Shown here piece after piece: positions 38,644 through 45,700 of a DNA stretch of 64,000 nt. The position numbers were made by a program, and so were the translations under genes. The number at the start of each line of letters is the position of its first letter. Position 1 is the first letter of the stretch. The DNA lies in the NCBI GenBank assembly GCA_014801525.1, contig JAAVEB010000014.1:25143-89142 (forward strand), written 5' to 3'. The DNA is from Bacteroides sp. (GTDB lineage: Bacteria; Bacteroidota; Bacteroidia; Bacteroidales; Muribaculaceae). The notes under the pieces are model-generated. The model did no database searches and was not told the origin of the DNA. It saw only the letters and a program-made list of their open reading frames with translations.

Positions 38644-39351
38644 CTAATTTTCTCCGGCTATGAAACGCTCGGCGGTGGCGATGTCGCCGGCATGGTCGAC
38701 GTCGACAATCTTGCTGAAAGGATAAGCCTTCAGGTTGAGCCCTCCCTCGACAAGCGCGCGCTGATAGTTGCGCATGCGGCTCACTCCCCTCTCCATGCAG
38801 TCGTCGAGAATGCCGAGAGCGGGCTGGGTAAGCCCGTAGATGCCGCCCGAAATATACTTTATCCCCTCATGGGGAGTGTCGAGAAACGCCGTGATGCGCA
38901 TATCGTCGTTCACGTCGATGTAGAGCGGCTTCTCATCGTCGATAAATGAAGTGACCGCCATGTAGCCGTCGGCGTCCTCGCTCTCCTCAAAGGCTTTCAC
39001 ATAGCGGCTGAAGTCCTCGCTGCGGAAAATAGTGTCGACAGTGGTGAGGATAAACTTGCCGCGGGCGGGAAAACTGCGGCTCACCTCCCAGAAGGAGTGC
39101 ATCGAACTGGGCGTTGACTTCACGACGAGATGAAACGGAACCGGGAGCGAGAGGCTTTCAAGATATTCTCTCACCTCGGTCATCTGCTCGTTGACAATTA
39201 TAGACAGTGATTCAGGCGAGCACGACATCATGATGTCTATGAGCCGCTTGATCATCGGAACTCCGTTGAGGAGCACCAGCGGCTTCGGCAGCGCCACGCC
39301 TTCCTGGGCGAGACGCGACCCTTCGCCGGCTGCGATAATAGCGTAATGCAT
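38644..39351 (-). CDS. Sugar/inositol-phosphate nucleotidyltransferase (NTP_transferase)
   Basis: IIAAGEGSRL...PKPL, DVDH..DI. Confidence 0.87.
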   Translation of the reverse strand: MHYAIIAAGEGSRLAQEGVALPKPLVLLNGVPMIKRLIDIMMSCSPESLSIIVNEQMTEVREYLESLSLPVPFHLVVKSTPSSMHSFWEVSRSFPARGKFILTTVDTIFRSEDFSRYVKAFEESEDADGYMAVTSFIDDEKPLYIDVNDDMRITAFLDTPHEGIKYISGGIYGLTQPALGILDDCMERGVSRMRNYQRALVEGGLNLKAYPFSKIVDVDHAGDIATAERFIAGEN

Positions 39352-39366
39352 TGGTTATCGGTTTAT

Positions 39367-40470
39367 TTAGTCATTGGCGCCCTCATCTTTCGTAAAATCG
39401 AGCACCACATTATCTTTTCCTTTCTCAAAATACTGCTTCCTGAGCGGATTGCGGTAGGCATAGGCGTCGTTGCTGCGGTTGCGGTAGATGTCGATAGCCG
39501 CATATATAGCCTGACGCATCGACTCCTCCGACGCTTCCCACTTGCCGGCTATGTCGAAACCGGTGCCGTGGTCGGGCGAAGTCCTCACGAATGGCAGCCC
39601 CGCCGTGAAGTTGACCCCGCTGTCCATCGACTTAGCCTTGAAGGGCGCGAGCCCCTGGTCATGATACATGGCGAGCACGCCGTCAAACACCCGGTAGCTC
39701 TCCGTGCCGAAGAATCCGTCGGACGCGTAGGGTCCGAACGCAAGTATATTTTTAGCCCTCGCCGCCTCTATCGCCGGGGCTATGATCTCTTTTTCCTCTC
39801 CGCCAAGCAAGCCGTTTTCGCCCGAATGGGGATTTAGCGAAAGCACCGCGATGCGCGGAGCGTTGATGCCGAAATCTTTCTTCAGCGAGTCGTTGAACGC
39901 CACGAGCTTCTCCACGACGGCATCGGTGGTGATCGCCGCCGGCACCTTGGAGATGGGGAGATGGGTGGTCACCAAAGCCACGCGCATGGCGTCGCTGCAC
40001 AGGATCATCAGCGCCTTGGCTCCGTCGCCCAGCGACGCCTCGAGATACTCCGTGTGTCCCGGAAAGTGGAACGTGTCGCTCTGGATAGCGTCCTTATTGA
40101 TCGGGGCGGTCACCAGCGCGTCGATTTCTCCCGCGCGAAGGTCGGCAACGGCGCGTTCAAGCGCGATAAACGCCGCCTCGCCCGCGCTTTTCGACAGCAC
40201 TCCGGGCTCGATTTTAGTGTCCTCTGGAACCACGTTTATTATGTTCACCTCATTCTCCTTTGCCTGAGAGGGCGACGCCACCTGCGCCATCGGCACCGGC
40301 TGCTGCTCGGCGCCTTTAAGATAGTAGGCGGCGATTTTAGCCGACCCGTAAATTATGGGCGTACATAGCTCGGCGATACGGGTGTCCTCCACCGCTTTGA
40401 GAATCACCTCATATCCTATGCCATTAATGTCGCCTTGGGTAATGCCTATTTTGAGTTTTTTGTTATTCAT
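39367..40470 (-). CDS. pdxA: 4-hydroxythreonine-4-phosphate dehydrogenase
   Basis: GDINGIGYE, TAPINK, FPGHTEYL, LNPHSGE, MYHDQGL, RTSPDHGT. Confidence 0.95.
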   Translation of the reverse strand: MNNKKLKIGITQGDINGIGYEVILKAVEDTRIAELCTPIIYGSAKIAAYYLKGAEQQPVPMAQVASPSQAKENEVNIINVVPEDTKIEPGVLSKSAGEAAFIALERAVADLRAGEIDALVTAPINKDAIQSDTFHFPGHTEYLEASLGDGAKALMILCSDAMRVALVTTHLPISKVPAAITTDAVVEKLVAFNDSLKKDFGINAPRIAVLSLNPHSGENGLLGGEEKEIIAPAIEAARAKNILAFGPYASDGFFGTESYRVFDGVLAMYHDQGLAPFKAKSMDSGVNFTAGLPFVRTSPDHGTGFDIAGKWEASEESMRQAIYAAIDIYRNRSNDAYAYRNPLRKQYFEKGKDNVVLDFTKDEGAND

Positions 40471-40619
40471 TGCAATGAGTCAAAATTTTCGCTAAGTTAC
40501 GAAAACTCCTCCACAAAACAAAATAACGAGGAAACTCACAGCCGGCAAGCTATCAGCGCCTAATACATTTCAAGAATCTCCTTGTCCTCCTCGCCGCCGG
40601 GAACAATGCGCGTCAGCTT

Positions 40620-41048
40620 TCACCGCGCGATCTCGTCAAGCGGGAGCGACAGGTAGCCGTCCTCAGGATACCTTACAACCCAATGCATCTTTTCAGCCTG
40701 CTCTTCAGTGAGGTCGAAGCACATATATATAGTGTCCTTCTTGACGGAATAAATGTATAAAGCGATTCGACCGTAATAATTCTTCCAAACCTCCAATCTA
40801 CTATAAATATAATCTCCGACCTGAAGCTTTTCGCTTTCGTGCGGGTTGAGAACATAAGTCATGCGCGCTTTTCTTGATATTGAGTCAGGATTTTTCATTA
40901 TCTCCATATATGTTGGTCTATACTCTGTGAAAGCAACATATATGGTGTCATCAGAATTATTTTCCAATCTCAAAAGCGATGCCTTTGCCCAGCAGCATGA
41001 CACAATTAAAACAGCACAAATTGGCACAAAGATAAATCGTAAATTCAT
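40620..41048 (-). CDS. Lipoprotein, putative immunity protein (family member 4)
   Basis: Lipobox VSC; ENNSDDTI; C-terminal FDLTEEQAEKMHWVVRYPEDGYLSLPLD shared with paralogs. Confidence 0.75.
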   Translation of the reverse strand: MNLRFIFVPICAVLIVSCCWAKASLLRLENNSDDTIYVAFTEYRPTYMEIMKNPDSISRKARMTYVLNPHESEKLQVGDYIYSRLEVWKNYYGRIALYIYSVKKDTIYMCFDLTEEQAEKMHWVVRYPEDGYLSLPLDEIAR

Positions 41049-41213
41049 AATAATGATGATTTTGAAATTTGCTTGTTAAAGTTATCAATCAAATGGACCG
41101 GGAATAAACAGATAGTTATACCACTTCGGATGTATGGTCAAATCCTTTTTTAAAGCTCTCATCGTAGAGCTGTCCCTATAGTCAATATAACGATCATCCT
41201 TGGCAAGTGGATT
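41033..41213 (-). repeat. 181-bp copy of the RHS 3' end, intergenic spacer and immunity start (matches 42665-42845)
   Basis: Ungapped alignment at offset 1632 with 6 mismatches counted by eye. Confidence 0.93.
41085..41213 (-). pseudogene. Orphan remnant of the last 42 codons of the RHS toxin tip
   Basis: Encodes NPLAKDDRYIDYRDSSTMRALKKDLTIHPKWYNYLFIPGPFD*; truncated at its 5' end. Confidence 0.85.
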
Positions 41214-41239
41214 TTTCAATTTTTGAGATAAATTGAGAG

Positions 41240-41680
41240 TCAGGATTGTCGGTTATTACTATCTTCATAAGAAGTTTTGTACTCCTCTATGATTTCTTTG
41301 TCAGCGTCGCTCAAAGGATATTTTAAAGTCCAGCCCAAAGCTCTAAGCTGAGCCTCGTTCAGAGTGACGTCCAATAGTATGGTTCCGTAATCGACCGACC
41401 CGTCGCTTTTGCTGTCCATGAAAATGAAATTAATCATTTTTACATGTTTGAAATAGCTGTCTCTTTTCTCAAAAGTATCGCCAAAAATTTCATATTTCTC
41501 ATGGGGTTCTATCCATGTAGAGAAGGGCGACATTGCGCTTTCATAGCCTTTTACATAATATCTCATATAAATCGGTCGCTCTGAAAGATTTTCTATCGCC
41601 ACAATTTCATAAAATTCATCACAACCATACAGAATGGGAACTATTAAAATTATGATGGCTTTAACTAATTTCGAGATCAT
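41240..41680 (-). CDS. Lipoprotein, divergent putative immunity protein (family member 3)
   Basis: Start at ATG 41680; lipobox LYGC-DE; ENLSERPI and LNEAQLRALGWTLKYP match the family motifs. Confidence 0.7.
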   Translation of the reverse strand: MISKLVKAIIILIVPILYGCDEFYEIVAIENLSERPIYMRYYVKGYESAMSPFSTWIEPHEKYEIFGDTFEKRDSYFKHVKMINFIFMDSKSDGSVDYGTILLDVTLNEAQLRALGWTLKYPLSDADKEIIEEYKTSYEDSNNRQS

Positions 41681-41741
41681 ATTGAATTGATTTTTAGGTG
41701 AATTAATTACTTCAATTAATGTCATTTTATATAGCGAACTT

Positions 41742-42194
41742 CTATTCGTCCTCAGTGTCAAGCGGGAGTGACAGGTAGCCGTCTTCAGGATACCTTACAA
41801 CCCAATGCATCTTTTCAGCCTGTTCTTCAGTGAGATCGAAACGCATTTGCACTATACTCCGGTTTTCCTCTTTATCGATAGTGCAAATGTATAAAAGAAT
41901 TCGTCCGTTAAGACTTTTCCAAGCATGGCGCCGACGAGCCGCATCTCCGAATTTAGGGAGGATTAACTGTTCGATTTTACCTGGTTCTATCATTTCATAC
42001 GCTTGCCATCTTTTTTCTATTGAATCAAAAGGCAAGCCAATAAAGTCCGGATTGTATCTAAAGCAAAATGCCTCAATTGTATCTGCGGAATTATTTTCCA
42101 CTCTTATTATTTCGACATCCTTATACCAACACGACGATAAAAAAAGAACAAAGAAGATAGTAATGATTGGAATAAATATCAATCGTAAGTTCAT
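41742..42194 (-). CDS. Lipoprotein, putative immunity protein (family member 2, tandem duplicate)
   Basis: Lipobox LSSC; highly similar to 42228-42680 at offset 486. Confidence 0.8.
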   Translation of the reverse strand: MNLRLIFIPIITIFFVLFLSSCWYKDVEIIRVENNSADTIEAFCFRYNPDFIGLPFDSIEKRWQAYEMIEPGKIEQLILPKFGDAARRRHAWKSLNGRILLYICTIDKEENRSIVQMRFDLTEEQAEKMHWVVRYPEDGYLSLPLDTEDE

Positions 42195-42227
42195 AATAAT
42201 AATGATGATTTTGAAAAAACCATACTT

Positions 42228-42680
42228 CTATTCGTCCTCAGTGTCAAGCGGGAGTGACAGGTAGCCGTCTTCAGGATACCTTACAACCCAATGCATCTTT
42301 TCAGCCTGTTCTTCCGTGAGGTCGAAACGCATGTGTTCTATACTCCGGTGTTCGTCCATATCATAAGTATAAATACATAAAATGATTCGCCCGTTAAGAC
42401 TTTTCCAAGCATGGCGTCGACGAGCCGCGCTTCCGAATTTAGGGAGAATTAACTGTTCGCTTTTACCTGGTTCTATCATTTCATACGCTTGCCCTCTTTT
42501 TCTTATTGAATCAAATGGCAGACTAATAAAGTCCGGATTGTATCTAAAGCAAACTGCCCGAATTGTATCTGCAGAATTATTTTCCACTTTTATTATTTCG
42601 ACATCCTTATACCAACACGACGATAAAAAAAGAACAAATAAGATAGTACTGAGTGGAATAAATCTAAATCGTAAATTCAT
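42228..42680 (-). CDS. Lipoprotein, putative cognate immunity protein (family member 1)
   Basis: Lipobox LSSC; starts 36 nt after the RHS stop codon. Confidence 0.8.
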   Translation of the reverse strand: MNLRFRFIPLSTILFVLFLSSCWYKDVEIIKVENNSADTIRAVCFRYNPDFISLPFDSIRKRGQAYEMIEPGKSEQLILPKFGSAARRRHAWKSLNGRIILCIYTYDMDEHRSIEHMRFDLTEEQAEKMHWVVRYPEDGYLSLPLDTEDE

Positions 42681-42716
42681 AATAATGATGATTTTGAAAA
42701 TTGCTTATTAAAATTA

Positions 42717-45700
42717 TCAATCAAATGGGCCGGGAATAAACAGATAGTTATACCACTTCGGATGTATGGTCAAATCCTCTTTTAAAGCTCTCATCGTAGA
42801 GCTATCCCTATAGTCAATATAACGATCATCCTTGGCAAGTGGATTAGATCTAAAATTCCATCCTCTCTGATGATTATCAGGATCCCATTCTCCTCTAGTT
42901 TGGTAAAAACCTTCAATATGCTTATTGAAATATACAAATGCGCGATAATTGGCATCCATTTCACAAGGAGTGTAGCGATGATCTCCGGAACTCTTCACAC
43001 TGACAATGCTCGGGATACCGACTCGACCTAAATAGCCCCATCCCATTGACTGACTCTGCATATAATGTCCATATTCATGCTGGAATAGGCTGTTATTAGG
43101 GTCTGCTTTGAGTTTAGAACCTCCATTAATTACATTTCCGAGAGTGACAGCTTTACCTGCCTTCATACTGGTAGTTGTTACCACAAGCGCGCCGTATGCA
43201 TGGCTCACTTTCTTCACGTGTCCAAATGTATTATAGCCATGAGCCAACGTCATTCCCAGAATTTCCTGAGGGAATTGCCAAGTGAATCTTGAAGTCAGTT
43301 CCCATGCTCGTCCCCAGAAATTTTTCAATCGGTTGGTGGTAAACAGGTTCTTTTGAATTTTATAGGAGTTAGAGATGTTGTTCCACAGATACTTTATGTT
43401 TCCTTTAAATATCGCTTTCCACAAACCGCTTATAGCACTTAATATGAAAAATTCGCCCGAGGGATCGGTGTATTTGAGCGGATTGTTCAAGCAGTAGGCA
43501 TAGCGATTAAAGTTGAGCGGATTCTCAGGATCCTGAACATAAGGGTCAGGGCTGATGAAACGCCCGATGACGGGATCGTAAAAACGTCCGTTCATGTTAA
43601 TCATGTCGGCAATGTCGATGTGCTCATGTCCTGTGAAACCGTAGCGGTCATTGGCTTCAAATGATTGCCGGCGGATGTATTGCGTCCAGTCGCGCGGATT
43701 CCTTCGCCGCCCCCATGCGTCATAACTGCATTCCGAGACGAGATTTCCATTGTAATCGGAGTAGGCTATGGGAGAGCCGAGAATGTCATTGTGGAGAAAT
43801 ATAGTCTCAGCGCCATCGCCATAAGAGCTTATTGCCACACATTCATTTCCCGCATAGACGAATATACGGTCAGACATCCAGTCTTCGCCCTCGTTTTGCT
43901 CTTCCTGATACAGATTGCCGAAATATGTGACGTCGCATTTTCCTTGCCCTGATGTGAACGTAGACCTGAATCTGTTTCCGTCGGTGCCGTAGATGATATC
44001 AAGCGTTTCATTCCCTTTCCTCACCTTTGTCACTTTACGGTCAGTATTATAGATTATTTCATCCCACGGGGTCAGAGCGGCGGTTGACACGCAGTTTATC
44101 GAGCTTATCCGATTTGAGCCTGCTTCGTAGGTTATTGAGCCTACCGACGTGCGGCTAACAATGTTGCCCGCCTCATCATAGCCGATTTCGTCGGTGAGAG
44201 TGTTGTCGGTATAGATTTTTGTCAATCGGTCAAGCGCGTCATACTTGAATTTTTCGGTTTTTCCGCATCTTGAATCGTAGCGTGACGTCATGTTGCCCTT
44301 GAAATCATACTGATATTCTTGCGTGACAAGATTTCCATGTGACACGCTTGAGGGATATCCTGATTCCGAATCATACTCCTTTGTCACTACAATCCCGTTG
44401 CCGAGAGTGTAGGAAACAGGACGATTGTATTCGTCCACTTTGTTCAGCTCCCATGCGCATATCGGAGACTCGGGAGTTGACAGATGCACTTTTTTCACGT
44501 TGCCATAACTGTCATATTCATTGTAAACTTCCGACAGGTTGGGATAGGAATTGCGATATTGCCGGTCAAAGGCGTCATACATAAACAAGATACTCCAGGA
44601 TTCTTTTCCGATTTTACGCTCTTCGCCGGTTTGCTGGCCGAATTTATTGTAGCTGCGTTTTGTCGAGATTCCTGTGACGGCATCGGAAACGGTGCTTACC
44701 GCTCCGAGAATAGATGCGTGATAGACAGTTGAAATGTCATTCTCCGGAGTTGTTTTTCTGACTACCCTGCCAAGCTTATCATAGGAATATGAGATTTCAG
44801 CTCCTGAGTCCTGATGGATGCGTTTAGTGGGATTGCCGAATCCATCATAAGAAAATTTGTAGGTACCCATGTCAGGATCGGAAATCATCACCCTGTTGCC
44901 TGAGTTATCATATTCCATCTCTATGGACTTTGACGGAGTAGTTATAGCGATGCAATTTCCAATAGCGTCATATTCGTAGACAGTTTGATTGTCGTCGGCA
45001 TCAGTCACGGAAATCAATTCTCCACGAGCATTGGTTTCTTTGGAAATCTGGTGTCCCATCCGGTCTATTATGTCGGTTCGGAGTCCGCCAATCATATTGT
45101 GGTAGTAATAATATGAATCGGCAGCTCCGGTAGGGTATTCAACATTGCTGACACGCCCCAGGTCATCGTATTCATAGTAAGTGTAGAGTGGCGACGCGCC
45201 AAGGAAGTATGGATTGGAGAGGGCGATCAATCTTCCTGCTGCGTCATATTCCATGTCGGTATATGCTTTTTTACCGCCGAAGAGAGTTTTTACCTCTCGA
45301 ATTTTATTGCCAAGTAGATTATAGAATTCTACAACAGGAGCATTTCCGGCTGTCTCTTTGTAGGTTAAGTACACGGAGTTGGCTGGCGCGTCGGCAATTC
45401 CGTTGCTCCACCGCAGCAATTCACATGACTCTATTTTTGAGTTCTTCAAAGACTTGACGGTCCTTAGCATCTTGTCATAAGTGTAGTCGATAGTAGTTCC
45501 AGTTGCGTCTATTGACTTCGTCATCATTCCGGTGGATGAGTCATAGCTGAATGAGGAAACGTAGTTTTCGGCATCTTCGGTCGATGTCTTGTCAAGAAGC
45601 CCCGAATACACTGTTTTCTCGGTGCTTGAAAGAGACCCGGATGATTTTGTTTTTGAAGTCACATTTCCTGCCGCATCATATACCATCGACTCAGTTGACA

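Noticed and set aside
41681-41761. Longer start for the 41240 lipoprotein
   Set aside because: It overlaps the upstream gene. ATG 41680 gives a proper lipoprotein signal peptide.
40620-42845. Repeats considered as a CRISPR array or a DGR template/variable repeat
   Set aside because: No short regularly spaced repeats, no cas or reverse transcriptase gene, and the repeats are coding duplications.
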